A model generated the notes under the pieces. That model saw only the letters and a program-made list of their open reading frames with translations. It did not search any database and was not told the origin of the DNA. The translations under genes were made by a program, and so were the position numbers. Below are positions 24,176 through 36,294 of a stretch of 64,000 bases of DNA, piece after piece; position 1 is the stretch's first letter; every line of letters begins with the position of its first letter. Origin of the DNA: Neovahlkampfia damariscottae (Eukaryota); contig JABLTG010000033.1 of the NCBI GenBank assembly GCA_016618085.1, forward strand, positions 62,001 to 126,000, read 5' to 3'.

Positions 24176-25637
24176 ATGGTTGTGGAAAAAATAACAAAAA
24201 AAAGATTTGGTTTTTTATTTGGATACGTAGGTTCAAAATACTCAGGTAGTCAAATAAACCATGCTCTTCCACTTTCACAAACCGTGGAAGGAACTATTTT
24301 TGAAACATTCAAAAAATTAGATTTCATTTCAGAGTCAAATTTTGAAAATTCAACAAAAATTGGATTCAACAGAAATTCAAGGACTGATAAAGATATGAAA
24401 AAAACGATAATTTAACCTTTTTAAGCGTCCATTCCGGTTCAACTGTGTTAAGTGCTAAATTAATGATTAAAGAAACTGAATTGGAAAATGATTCACTTGG
24501 ATTCCATTTAGCTGATAGAATTAATGAAAATTTACCAGAGGATATATTTATTATTTCAGCTCAACGAACAACAAACAATTTCAATGCAAAAAATCAATGC
24601 ATTTTTAGATGTTATGAGTATTTGTTACCATTGAAATGTTTGAATTTAAAAAATGATGAAGAGAAGATTTCAAAATTGAATTTTTATTTGAAACAATTTT
24701 TAGGCACTAATTATTATCACAATTTTACCTCTTTGGAATCAAAAAATTTTGTTGAAAAATATCAGAATGAGGAGCAAATTAGACAAATTCAAGTGAGTGA
24801 AAATTTTAGAAGAGATATTTTGAAAAGTAAAGTAACTGGTGTTGTCACCATGAATAATGAACTTTTTGCAAAAATTGATATTTTAGGTAGTTCATTTTTG
24901 AAGAATCAAATTCGAAGGATCATTGGAACTATTATTGGAATTATAAATGGTAAATATTGGAATCATTTATTTTTTATAAGGTTTTATACCTGATGATTAC
25001 ATAACAATTGGATTGAATTCAAGCTCTTTGCTGAGGACTCCAATTTCACCTGGTGAATGCTTAATCAAAAAAGACTGTGGATTCAGACAAAAAAGAGATT
25101 TAATGAACTATTTTACAACAGAATCTGATGGAATACAACAAAGAGTAAGATAAAAAATTCCTAATTTCAACAGAAATTCAGTTTTTTGAATTCAACGGTT
25201 TATCCTTCGATTGCAAATTTGATTGAAGAAACATCAGTCTTTGATGAATTAGATGAATTTTTAAGAAAGTAATAATCATTTTTAACACTTAAATTTTCAG
25301 ATTACCATTTCAAGAAGATCAGTATTCCATCATCAAAAATGAAACATTAAGAACAATGGAATTTAATCAAAATTTGAAAGATTTGAAATGGAATAAGATA
25401 AAGAGCACAGGTGGTGATAATTTCCCACCAGGTTTTAGAGTCAAATTGATAATTGAATTCGAATTACTCCCTGATGAAAAAATAAATTTCATATTGGATG
25501 CATTATCAAAAGAAATTGAATCAGGAAATTTAGAGAAGCTAAATATGAATTATTCGTATTATTTTGATTACATTAGAGAATTTGGATTAGAAAGAATTAT
25601 CAGAACAGGCGAAGAAATTGCATCAGAAAAAAAATAA
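24176..25637 (+). CDS. tRNA pseudouridine synthase (TruA/PUS1 family)
   Basis: GY.GS.YSGSQ, SRTDKGVHS (across intron 24393-24424), R.YEY, HNFT, SFL.NQIRR; three further GT-AG introns. Confidence 0.88.
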
Positions 25638-26017
25638 AATAAAAAATGTCACAATCAGTGAAAAATATGAACTGAACATCATCAATGACCATTTTCGTGA
25701 TAGTTTGAGAATATAGGTTCCATTTCGGAGTTTGTATTATTCGAGGGATTTTCGAGATTGAGGGAATATTGAAAATACAGCCAAATGATTGGTCAATTCA
25801 AATAATGGTATGAATACAAGTTATTCTATACACCCTCATGTATGAAATTTGAAAATCATCAATTTGAAAAAATTGAAGTAAAAAAAAAAAAAAAAATAGA
25901 CTATTGGTTGAATGATTGGAAGTAAGTTATCCAATCAATGATCAATTTTTCTTCCAAAAAGAAAACTTTAATACAATGATTGGTCAAACAATTTTTCACT
26001 TCACAGCAAAAAAAAAA

Positions 26018-26887
26018 ATGAAAGCAGTACTCTTCATTCTCGCAGTTTGCTTATATGTCGCTTCAGCACAATCATTCATTGCTTCAAAAGACCTTTCAAA
26101 AGATGCTATGAAAACAAATGCATACTGGACAAAAGAAAACATGAAATCCGCAAAATCAATGGACTTAATCATTGCTGATCTTGACGGAAAAGTTGTTAAA
26201 TCAGATCTCAAATTCGCTTCAAATGAAGGAACACGTGAATGTAAAACACCAAACGTATACCCATTTGCTACTGCTGGTAGATTATTTTTTGTTACAGCTA
26301 GAGGTAGATCTTCATGTACAGCTTCATCAGTAGGAAAAGATATCATCTTAACTGCTGGTCACTGTATCTCATCAGGAAGAAACGCATACTACAAAGACTT
26401 TTTATTCTGTCCACAATATAAAGATGGTGACTGTCCAGCTGGAAGATTCACAGGATTAAAAATGAACACACATACAGAATGGCACACAAGATCACAATTA
26501 GGAAGAGATGTTGCTTTCATCAAAGTTACAGCTGGTTTAGAAGACAAAGTTGGAGCTCTTAAAATGAAATATAACACAAACAGAGATGAAAAATGTGATG
26601 CTATGGGATATCCAGGTAACATTGGAGGAGGAAACAGAATGATTCAATCAACTGGACAACAATCAATGGGATCATCATCATACAGACCACCAACAGTTAA
26701 ATTCCCATCTAAAATGACTTATGGATCATCAGGTGGACCATGGATTGTTCAAGCTAAAAAAGGTGAAAAGAAAAATAGAGTCAATGGAAACGTTTCACAC
26801 GGTAACCCAAGATTAGACCCTAACCACTTTTATTCACCATACTTTGATGATGAAATCAAAGCATTGAGAAAAGCTATTGCAGAATAA
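26018..26887 (+). CDS. Secreted trypsin-like (S1) serine protease of bacterial type
   Basis: Signal peptide, TAGHC, DVAF, GYP, GSSGGPW; intronless. Confidence 0.88.
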   Translation: MKAVLFILAVCLYVASAQSFIASKDLSKDAMKTNAYWTKENMKSAKSMDLIIADLDGKVVKSDLKFASNEGTRECKTPNVYPFATAGRLFFVTARGRSSCTASSVGKDIILTAGHCISSGRNAYYKDFLFCPQYKDGDCPAGRFTGLKMNTHTEWHTRSQLGRDVAFIKVTAGLEDKVGALKMKYNTNRDEKCDAMGYPGNIGGGNRMIQSTGQQSMGSSSYRPPTVKFPSKMTYGSSGGPWIVQAKKGEKKNRVNGNVSHGNPRLDPNHFYSPYFDDEIKALRKAIAE

Positions 26888-26902
26888 ATTATTTCGGCTC
26901 AT

Positions 26903-28939
26903 TTAAAATTTTGTTTTTTTATTTTTCTTTCGCAAGTGCTTTTTATTCAACTCACTTTCTAAGCAAAGTTCATTGAGATTCAATTTTTCAATGACCACAC
27001 CACCAATAACGCAATAGTTTTCGTTTTCTTCATCAACATGGGTACATAATATAATAAATTTTTGGCAATGCCCGCATTTGATCCATCCCAAACATTCTTG
27101 CATTTTTATTTTAGTTTCTTTCTTTGAAATCAAATTATCTTCCAAAGCAATTGAGAATTGTAAAATTGGATGTTTATGTTTGTAAATTGAAAGACAATTT
27201 CCATTACTCAAATTCCAATATCTTATTGTTTGATCCAATGAACCACTTAGCAATATTTCATCAACAACTTTCAAACATGTTATTTCTTTCAAATGCCCAC
27301 CATGAATTCTTGAACATTTTCCAGTTTCCAAAGACCAAAAGCGAATAGTTAGATCTAATGATGCTGATATTAACACATTTTCATGGATGATAAATTCCGA
27401 AATGTGTTCTGAATGACCTTTTAATATGAACTCATACTGATCTTTATCGATATCATAAACATAGATATTTTTGTAATCATCCATTTTTGAAATTCCACAC
27501 AATAGATTTTTGTTCAATTTAAATTTTTCAATTGAATCTTTCAATTTAAAAAATTTTTTAGTTTCAATCAAATTTTCTTTAATCTCCAAATATAGATATT
27601 TGTTGTCATTTCTCAAACAAACCGCATTGTCTTTATATAATGATATTGTTATGAATCTTCCAAAATCAAATGATATTTTTCCAATTTTCCTTCCTTCTGA
27701 AATGTTCCAAAAGAGTCCTGTTCCTTTGGATATCAAACAAAGATATTTTTCATTAAAAACAATCATTTTATGTCGGGATAATTCTTTGGTTACATTTGGT
27801 TTTAGCTCAAATTTTATCAGTGGGATTTTTGGATTTTCAAATTTAAAGATTTGTGGTGGATCGCCTGGATACAAAATTGTAATTTCATCATGTTTAAACA
27901 TTATTTTAGGTTCTAAATGAGTACCTTCAACAGAATATATTTTCTTAAGTTGTTTTCCTTTTTCATAGATGTCATGTTTATCATCCATGAATTCAATTTG
28001 GATGTTTCTGATATCAACAAAATCGATGATTGGATTCTCTAACATTCTAACGACTTTACTGGCATTCAAGCGATCATCTGGGTTCATTCGCAATAATAAT
28101 AGAACTATTTCATTCAAATACGTTATTGGACTCTTATTGATTGTTTAATTTGAATATATTCTTACAAGAGTTGACAGTTGTTCTTGAATTTCTAATTCAG
28201 CTGTTTCTACGTTCGATATGAATTCTAGATAGAATTTCTTTGATTCTCCTGTTAACAAGAAATAAAAAAGAGCACCTAAAGAAAACATATCTGCTTTAGG
28301 TCCTGAATATTTAACATTTTTCATAATTTCCGGAGCAACATAATCCTTCAAAATAAAAACTAAAATAAAACATACCATTGTTCCAACAACTGTCTTTTTC
28401 ATAGATGATTCATTATAAGAAGTTGCATATCCAAAATCACCGATCAAAAGTTGTAGTTTTTTTTCTTCATTGTTTTGTGTTAAGAAAACATTCTCCAATT
28501 TAATATCTCTATGAGCAATATTGTTATCATGTAAATATTCAATTCCTAAAAAAGTTTTTTTTTCAAAAAAAAAGTTGTGCATACCTTTGGATATTTGAAG
28601 AAAAATGTCAAAAAGTTCTTCCTGTGTGAATTTTTTTTTCTTTTTTGCATAAGTTGCCAAATCACCCAATTCACAATAAGGCATAACTATATTTAAATAA
28701 TAATCTTCTTCTTCATTTTGATCAAGAAAAACTTCCAAATAAGGACAAATGTTTTCATGTTTTAATTTTTGTAGACGATTGAACTCAATTAATATTTGAT
28801 TGATGTCAGTTAATTCATCAACATATACAGTTTTCAATGCGTATAAATTATCTTTGCTTTCTGTTTTTTTGTGGACAAGAACAACTTTTCCTTGACTTCC
28901 ACTGCCAATGAATTTGACAACAATGTAATCCTCTTTCAT
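26903..28939 (-). CDS. Ser/Thr protein kinase with C-terminal WD40 repeats
   Basis: GSGSQG, ALK, HRDIKLEN, DFG, YVAPE; GH...SLD.TIR.W repeats; three short introns. Confidence 0.88.
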
Positions 28940-29046
28940 TGGTCCAATTTCTCTTCACTATTTTTTTACTTATTCATTATTTTTCAATTAATTTTATCAC
29001 TTCCTTCGTCAGACATTTTGAAAATAAAGTTTATTCAAAAAAAATT

Positions 29047-30059
29047 TTAGAAAAGGAGAAATGTTTGACTTGTGTCACCATTTGTTAGACATTTCTTTTC
29101 TTCAACTTTAAGAGTTGCTAATGTAGTTTTGCAATTCACTCCAACATACAAATTCATATGAATTGTTCTAATGCCTCCACTAGATGAATAAGTATATTTT
29201 GCTGAAGCAGAACCATCATCAGAATTTTCACAAACATTCAAATACGCTCTACCTGATCCTGAAACTACAGGTCTTCCTTTACAATTTGTTGAACCATATT
29301 TTGTAATATAAACATATTTTGGATTTAATGCACGAACTGAAGCAATGAGTAACGCGATCAAGAATCCAACAATAAATAACACAACAATGATCACTGTAAT
29401 TAAAGAAAATATCTTTTCTGTTTTTGTTGTGTTTTTAATTTTTTCTAAAATAGTTTGATTTTCATTTGGTAAATTTGAATTGATTTTAAAAGCATAAGCA
29501 GCAGCAACTGACATACAACCTCCACAACATAATAAAGGACATAAAATACCAAATCCAAGACCAACAAAAAAAGTGAGTGTATTTCTGACTGGGTGAAGAA
29601 GTCCAAATAATTGATCCATAATTCTAATGGAAATTGAGAAAAGACAATAAACTCCAAGACCAATGACATACATTCTGATATGAATGAATTTTTGATGTAA
29701 ATCTTTTTTAACACATGATCCAATGAATCCAATAACAGCAACTGAAATTAAGAATGGAAGGATTAATATTCTTAAAAGTGGAAAACCAAAATTGCCATCT
29801 AATCCAGAAGCAAATGTTACCCAAATAGCGAAGCAATCGACTATGAATAAGAATGCAGCTAAAACCTGATATATTTTAGTGATATTTTTCTTACTATAAT
29901 TAAGATTGAAAGTGTGGACACTGTGTATTTTAACAATTCACTTGGTTCTTCTTCTGATAAATTCCCATTGTGCTGTTCGTATTGTGAAACATCTGAATAT
30001 TGATTAAATTCTTGTGGTAATTGAACTTCTTCATCATTGAACTCGTTGTTTTCTTGCAT
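29047..30059 (-). CDS. Multi-pass membrane protein with C-terminal Cys-rich domain
   Basis: Several hydrophobic segments; one short GT-AG intron near 29865-29893. Confidence 0.6.
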
Positions 30060-30219
30060 CTTGAAAGCAAACTGATTGGATGAGAATTTTGATTGGTTTA
30101 TCACATCTTCTAATCTTTATACTTGAGCCCTCAAAAAAGGTCGGAGTATTTCCCAAGTTAGATTGAACACCCCTCCAAATTCAAAACAATCTACACATTT
30201 GTAAAATCAAATTTTATTC

Positions 30220-31493
30220 TCATTCATCACTAAACTGGAAAGTTATGTCTTTCAAATTGGATATATTTTCCATTCTGTTTGGATGTAAATAGTACAACAA
30301 ACCCTAAGAAATTGTTATTTCAATAATTCAATTTTTACATCTCTTATCATAAGCAATGCTGTATTTTCTTTTAAATCTTCAGAAAGATACTGAAATGCTT
30401 TTCTATTTTGAATCAATGCAACTTCAGCAAATTGATAATTCCTTTGAAAATATCTATTGCAATACTGAAGTAATAACCCATTCCTTTTCAGAACATCTAA
30501 AACAAATTCTGGGTCTGCCTTGAAACATGAATCTAAAGACATGAAACTTGAAGGACAAGAATAAACAGATTCTATTGCAATGGATTTATCTTTCTTAAAA
30601 TGATTTGGTAGATATCTATAGCCCCATCCATCATTTTGCATCATTTTAAAAGCTAATTCTTTATCATCAAGTTCAAATTGAAAATATTTAAGATTTTCTG
30701 ATCTTTTTAGAGCCAATTTTATCATTAATGATTCATTTTTTAAAGTTTTTTCAACCCAACCTGGTTTAATTTCATTCATAAGGTCATAAATAGTTGGAAT
30801 GAAATTTTCATTTTTGATGCAAATTTGTTCAATGATTTCATCTGTAAAATCATCAGAAAATGGTAAATATTCAACACATTTCGCACTATTTTCTAATATA
30901 TAGACAAAAAATGATGGATCAGTTTGAAGTTCATTTGGTAATAACTGTACATGTCTTGAGTGCAGAAAATGTAATAAAGAAATTTTTTTCTTCAATTTAT
31001 GTTTATCATCCAAGTAATTATAAACGTTTGGATTTGATTCCATGAATAAAATTAGGTTACTGTCTGTTAGAATTCTCTCTGGAAATAATTTGAATAATTC
31101 TGGAAAGGCAACAAGCATTTGAGCCAAAAATGGAATATCTTCAAGGTATTCTTCTTTAATTTCATCTTTTCCTGTGGTTTGTTTCAGTATAATTTGATGG
31201 TTTGCAAAGGCTATTTTTTTAACAAAATCCACGTCGTTTTTTATCTCTTTAGGAAGTTTATTGAAGATTTCTATATTTCTCCGACATGCTTTTGAAGCTA
31301 ATAATTTACTTTTTTGAATTGAAATATCAGCATCTAATAAAAAAAATGGGTTAAGATTAATAACTCGAGAAACAAAATCATAATCTTGTTTTAAAGAACG
31401 ATGTACTTGTGAAAATTTGAGTTGGTTTGTTTCTATTAATTCATAGATTTTCTGTTTCTCTGATGGTGACAAAAGTACTTGGTTGTTGCCCAT
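30220..31493 (-). CDS. DUF4116-like repeat protein
   Basis: FKKDKSIAIESV / FKADPEFVLDVL repeats; 35-nt intron 30304-30338 adds last exon GLLYYLHPNRMENISNLKDITFQFSDE. Confidence 0.75.
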
Positions 31494-31533
31494 GAAGAAG
31501 AATCGTATTGAACCAATAAAATTTTATTTTCAT

Positions 31534-32696
31534 TCAATAATTTCTCATTATTTTGGAAAATTCAGATTCATTAACACCTTCTAATCTATCCACCTCAGTG
31601 CCATTGAATATGAAAATGAAGCATGGAATCGATGATATTTCATATTTTTCAGATAGTTTCTGATGTTTATCTGAATCTATTTTTAAAAATTTGGATTTTG
31701 GATATTTCATTGATTCTTTTGAATAAAATGGATTGATGAATTTACAACTATCTGATAAAGTTGAGTGAAAATACAAAATTATCAATTTATCAAATGTTGA
31801 TTTCAATTTTTCAATTTCTTCATTTGATGAAATAGTGATCACATTTCCATTTATCAATTTTTCATGTTTATTCAAAATTATCGGATAATTCTTGTTTATT
31901 TCTTCCAAATTCAATGTTTCACTTTGCAAAAAAAAAGTCAAAAATTGAAAAAACACACCTTGAATGTTGACAAATGAAATCAATCAAGTATTCAAATTTA
32001 TCAAAAGATTGATATGAAATTGGATTATTTTTATCATTTTTCTTGAAATATTTTAAAATTGGTATTTTTTCTTCGATATTAAAGAATTCATTATGTAAAT
32101 CATTTTCATCAAAATTTATCATTGAAATGATGATTGAATCCTCTTTTATCAATTCAAACAATTGTGAAACAATTGAAAATAATGGAATATAATTCATTGA
32201 AATATCATTCCATTCTGCATAAACTAATAAAAAAACATCTTTTTGAGACTGTAACACAATTTCTTCAAAAGATGAAGCAACTACTTCAGTTATTGTCGGA
32301 AAATATTCATCTCTATCATTTTTTGGTCTAACTTTTGATTTTTTAAATGGTTTTAATTTATTATTTTGATAATTTTGAATGAATTTATAGACAGATTTTT
32401 TTGAAATAATTCTGTTGAAATGGAATTTCTTTTTCATGTTTGAATTGAAAATTGATATATTTGGAAATTCTTGTAAACCTAAATTCTCTGCTAAAGCAAG
32501 ACTTAAAGATTAATTTCAAAAATATTTACCCTGAAAGGTTGGTTTCAGTAGAAAAATAGAAATTGAATTTTTTTGTGTATTTTTTTGAGATTTTTTCAAT
32601 CATTTGAATATCTTCACTCTTGTTTGTGAATAATACAAATATAGGTTTTTTGGAAGACCTCAGTTCATCAGCTGTTTCTTCTGTAATTTGCTTCAT
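31534..32696 (-). CDS. Multi-thioredoxin-fold (PDI-like) protein lacking canonical CxxC
   Basis: DVFLLVYAEW and FHSTLSDSCK...EISSIPCF thioredoxin segments; two short introns. Confidence 0.7.
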
Positions 32697-32736
32697 TTTT
32701 ATTGGATAAAAAAAATGTTAAACTGAAAAATTGGAT

Positions 32737-34848
32737 TTATTTAATCAATTTTTGAACAATATGAATAAAGATATTAACATCACAAGTCAATAAACCATCA
32801 AAAAAAACGAGATTCTCAGCAAATTGTTCTTTCATTTTCAACAGAGAAATTACATCCAATTGAGTTGTTTTTTTCACTTCCTGATCCATTGAAATTGATA
32901 TTTCCAAATAGTATCTTCCTCTTTTTTCCATCATTCCAATAGAAAAAATAGTATTCTTTAATTTTGATTCGTCAATTGAATGTTGAATAATTGCTGATTT
33001 TTTCTTTAATTGATTGAAGTTGAATTTCAAACGTTTGGAAACTAACATACCCTTTTCTTCTTCATTTAATAGTTTATCCAGTTCAGTCACTTTCAAAATC
33101 AAATCTTTGTTTATTCTTTTGTATCTCTTCAATAGATCATTTAATTTTTCAAATTCTAATTTTTGTCGAGATGAAATATCAAAGATATCATCAAGTATTT
33201 CATTGTAATCATTTTCTTCGGATATTTTATTTTGTTTGATCAAATTTGGAATATCATTTTCAAAATGAGCGATTGTAAAGAGAATTGATTTTGCTTCTTG
33301 ATCTGAACTATTTTCATTCATCTTTTTCATACAATAACTCTTTGTTTTTTTGATTAAATTCTTAACTGATAATTCTAGTTCGTTCAAAGGAGCATAGTGA
33401 AGAATAATTTTTAAATTCTTCTTTGATTGATTATAAATTTGATGATTGAGAATGGTGTCTCCTTTTTTACCTTCAAAACTGTGTAATATTGAAATATGAA
33501 CCGTTTCATCAACTTTTAATTTTTGAGGAATTTCTTTCATTTCTTCGTGCATTAACAGTTTAATGATTGGATCTTCTTTGTTTTTTGAAAGTTGTCTTCT
33601 TGATGATGATATCAATGAATGTAAAGAAAATAATTGATTGCATGTTAGTTTGATTGTTGAATTTTCTGGTAGGTCGACTGGTTTGTTCAATTCAAAATCG
33701 ATCAATTTTTCGATGAACGATGAGAAGATACCATCAAAATTTTTGGTAATATAACTGTTAAATGATGATTCTAATTCTTCATTTTCATGTTTAAAATGTG
33801 TCTTTGTCATAAGGTGTTCAAGAATACTTGGTATTATAGAGAAATCTGAATTACATATTTTCTTGCCTAAATCAAATGCTTGGGATAAATACCGGAAAAA
33901 TAGCTTTCCAATAGTTGAATATCTTAATGATTTATCAATTAATGATTTTTTTAATTTCAATTTTTGGTCAATCATCTTTGAAATGAACCTGATTCCAGTA
34001 GGCATTTTTTCAACATTCAACAGTAATTCATCCAAAATTTTTGAACAAATTTCTTGAATTTTCAAAGTTCTTGTACGTAAAAAAGAAGCTACAATTTCAT
34101 TATTCTTTGCATATTCAATGGTCGATTCAAATTTACATTTTGTTCCTTCAGATATTTCACTATTGGACATTTCAGTTTTTGAAACTTTTAAAACATCAAT
34201 CTCCAATGACTTTTCATTTGAATTTATTGAATTCAAATACTTCAATTCATCAACAAATGAATATTCTTCCAAAATTGAGTGAAGAACAGTTTCCGAAAAA
34301 TCTTCAATGAAACTGTTCTGAACTTTGCAAAAATTCATCAATAATCGCAAAATCATATTGTCAGAACTTAAAAAACTATCAATTTTTCCATCTTCGATAT
34401 GATATCCAAAACAACTTTCCATCAATTCCAAAAAAAAGTATTCTTCTTGAGATGTAATGGCAAATCCAAAAAGTTGCAAAAAAAAACTTTCAGTGTCTAA
34501 AATATCATCATTTAAAACAAATAAATTTTGAAAATATTTTGGTTCTGTTCTTAACAAAAAAATTAAAAGTGAATAATTCTTCAATTGTCCATCATTCTCT
34601 TTTGAATAGTTACCAGGAAGGGTTTTTATTTTTTGTTTCAATAGCTGTTCAATTTTTTCTTTTGGTGAATTTGAGTTGATTAATTCTTGTGCTTTGTTTG
34701 TTTTTTCAAAAAGAAGAATTTTTGTTAAAATTTGTGTTTGAAGAGATTCTCTGATATCTAATATTTTCTTTTCATACTTTTGAGATTCATTTCCAAAAAA
34801 AGAAGAAAATAAATCTTTGGTTGCTTTGTTAGTTTGAAAATTACTCAT
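32737..34848 (-). CDS. IQGAP-related RasGAP-domain protein
   Basis: LRTEPKY, EEYFFL, MPTGIRFISK, FFRYL; start uncertain (34848, 34872 or 34899). Confidence 0.7.
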   Translation of the reverse strand: MSNFQTNKATKDLFSSFFGNESQKYEKKILDIRESLQTQILTKILLFEKTNKAQELINSNSPKEKIEQLLKQKIKTLPGNYSKENDGQLKNYSLLIFLLRTEPKYFQNLFVLNDDILDTESFFLQLFGFAITSQEEYFFLELMESCFGYHIEDGKIDSFLSSDNMILRLLMNFCKVQNSFIEDFSETVLHSILEEYSFVDELKYLNSINSNEKSLEIDVLKVSKTEMSNSEISEGTKCKFESTIEYAKNNEIVASFLRTRTLKIQEICSKILDELLLNVEKMPTGIRFISKMIDQKLKLKKSLIDKSLRYSTIGKLFFRYLSQAFDLGKKICNSDFSIIPSILEHLMTKTHFKHENEELESSFNSYITKNFDGIFSSFIEKLIDFELNKPVDLPENSTIKLTCNQLFSLHSLISSSRRQLSKNKEDPIIKLLMHEEMKEIPQKLKVDETVHISILHSFEGKKGDTILNHQIYNQSKKNLKIILHYAPLNELELSVKNLIKKTKSYCMKKMNENSSDQEAKSILFTIAHFENDIPNLIKQNKISEENDYNEILDDIFDISSRQKLEFEKLNDLLKRYKRINKDLILKVTELDKLLNEEEKGMLVSKRLKFNFNQLKKKSAIIQHSIDESKLKNTIFSIGMMEKRGRYYLEISISMDQEVKKTTQLDVISLLKMKEQFAENLVFFDGLLTCDVNIFIHIVQKLIK

Positions 34849-34901
34849 GTTTAATTGTCCAATCAAACTCATTTTGTTGATTCTTTTTTTAACAACCATT
34901 G

Positions 34902-36269
34902 ATGGAGTTATTTGAAAAATTTGAAAATGAAAGGTACAAAAAATCTCTTGAAATTATAAAAAAACAAGAAGCCATACTTTCAAAATCAACAGAAATTCTT
35001 CAACAAGTCTACATGAATCTTGGAAAAATTATTCAACAATCAAAAGAACAAGAAAAAACATACAAAAGAAATTCAATCAAATATTTGAATGAATTAAAAC
35101 AATTAGAAGAAACACTAAAAGAAAAATACAAAAAAAAAGAAAAGTTCAAAGATGTTTTCGAACAAATAGACCAAGTTGAAAAAGGAGTGCAAAAATTCAT
35201 CAAATTTAACAAACAAACCAATGAAGATCATAAAAATTTAAGAAAACAATTCGAATCTAATTACAATACTTTCTGGGAATATGAAGAAAAACTGCCAGAA
35301 AGTCAATTGCAACATTTATCTTCATCTTGTCAAGGAATGAGGATCAAAAACTCTTTCGGAAAATTTGACAATACAGAAGGAATTATGAGTTTTGAATCTT
35401 TTTTTGAGGTTCTATATGATTATATACCAAAAGATGGAGAAACCTTTATGGTTCTCAGGCAAACATCAAAAGAAATTCAAGAGATACTCCATAAAAGATG
35501 GAATATTTTATACAATTCAATTTATTATAGATTTTACGATGATTGTCAGAATATATCAACCGCTGTCTTGGATTGTTCAAAAATAAATAAATTTGAAAAG
35601 AAAAAGAGATATCATGATATTATCAGAAAAATACTAAAAAAACATATGATTGAAGAAATATTGTTTATTATGCCTGAGAATTCATTTAGAGAAGGAAGAA
35701 CTGAATTCATGGATATATTTTATTATGGAGTATTGGATTGTTCTAAAAAACAATCTCACATCAAAACAATTGGAATAGCAAACAGAGAACTTTCTCCAGA
35801 TGAATTCATTGAATTAGTAAATACTGGTGTTGAGAATATACTCTTGCTTGACTGTATAATTTGTGAAGATGAATTGTCTACTGTAGAATTAGATCCAATT
35901 GAAAGCAAGTCTTTGAAGAAACTATGTATGATAAACTCAGATTTTGGTGATTTTGAAGTTGAAAAATTAATATCAATTGGAATTGAAAAGACTTATTTTT
36001 CGTCCATTTTCAAAACACAAGAGATGATTGATCACTTGAAAATATTGAAAAATGTTGAATATGTTTGGGAAAATCAATACAATCAAATTGAATGTGTTCA
36101 TGAATTCAAGAAAGACATTGAAATTTTTTTGCATCACAATCGGGTAAATGGAGGTTGGGATAGATCCAATGAATTGAGAAGTTACATGAAATCATTGAAT
36201 GAAATCATTTTGTATCCAAAGGTATCAAGAAAATTGAAACGAAGAAAAAAAATGTTTATTGATGAATAA
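34902..36269 (+). CDS. Coiled-coil protein with F-box-like motif and LRR-like C-terminus
   Basis: 456-aa ORF; EVLYDYI...VLRQTSKEIQ resembles an F-box; paralogous to 42581-43180. Confidence 0.55.
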   Translation: MELFEKFENERYKKSLEIIKKQEAILSKSTEILQQVYMNLGKIIQQSKEQEKTYKRNSIKYLNELKQLEETLKEKYKKKEKFKDVFEQIDQVEKGVQKFIKFNKQTNEDHKNLRKQFESNYNTFWEYEEKLPESQLQHLSSSCQGMRIKNSFGKFDNTEGIMSFESFFEVLYDYIPKDGETFMVLRQTSKEIQEILHKRWNILYNSIYYRFYDDCQNISTAVLDCSKINKFEKKKRYHDIIRKILKKHMIEEILFIMPENSFREGRTEFMDIFYYGVLDCSKKQSHIKTIGIANRELSPDEFIELVNTGVENILLLDCIICEDELSTVELDPIESKSLKKLCMINSDFGDFEVEKLISIGIEKTYFSSIFKTQEMIDHLKILKNVEYVWENQYNQIECVHEFKKDIEIFLHHNRVNGGWDRSNELRSYMKSLNEIILYPKVSRKLKRRKKMFIDE

Positions 36270-36294
36270 TTTTATGACATGGTTTCTTTTTTTC

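Noticed and set aside
25640..25900. Possible ncRNA in a longer intergenic gap
   Set aside because: No convincing box C/D, H/ACA, Sm site or stem structure by eye; a covariance-model search would be needed
34897..34904. Divergent genes separated by only 2 nt
   Set aside because: A downstream ATG at 34848 places the CCAAT box in a normal ~50-nt gap and is the more plausible start
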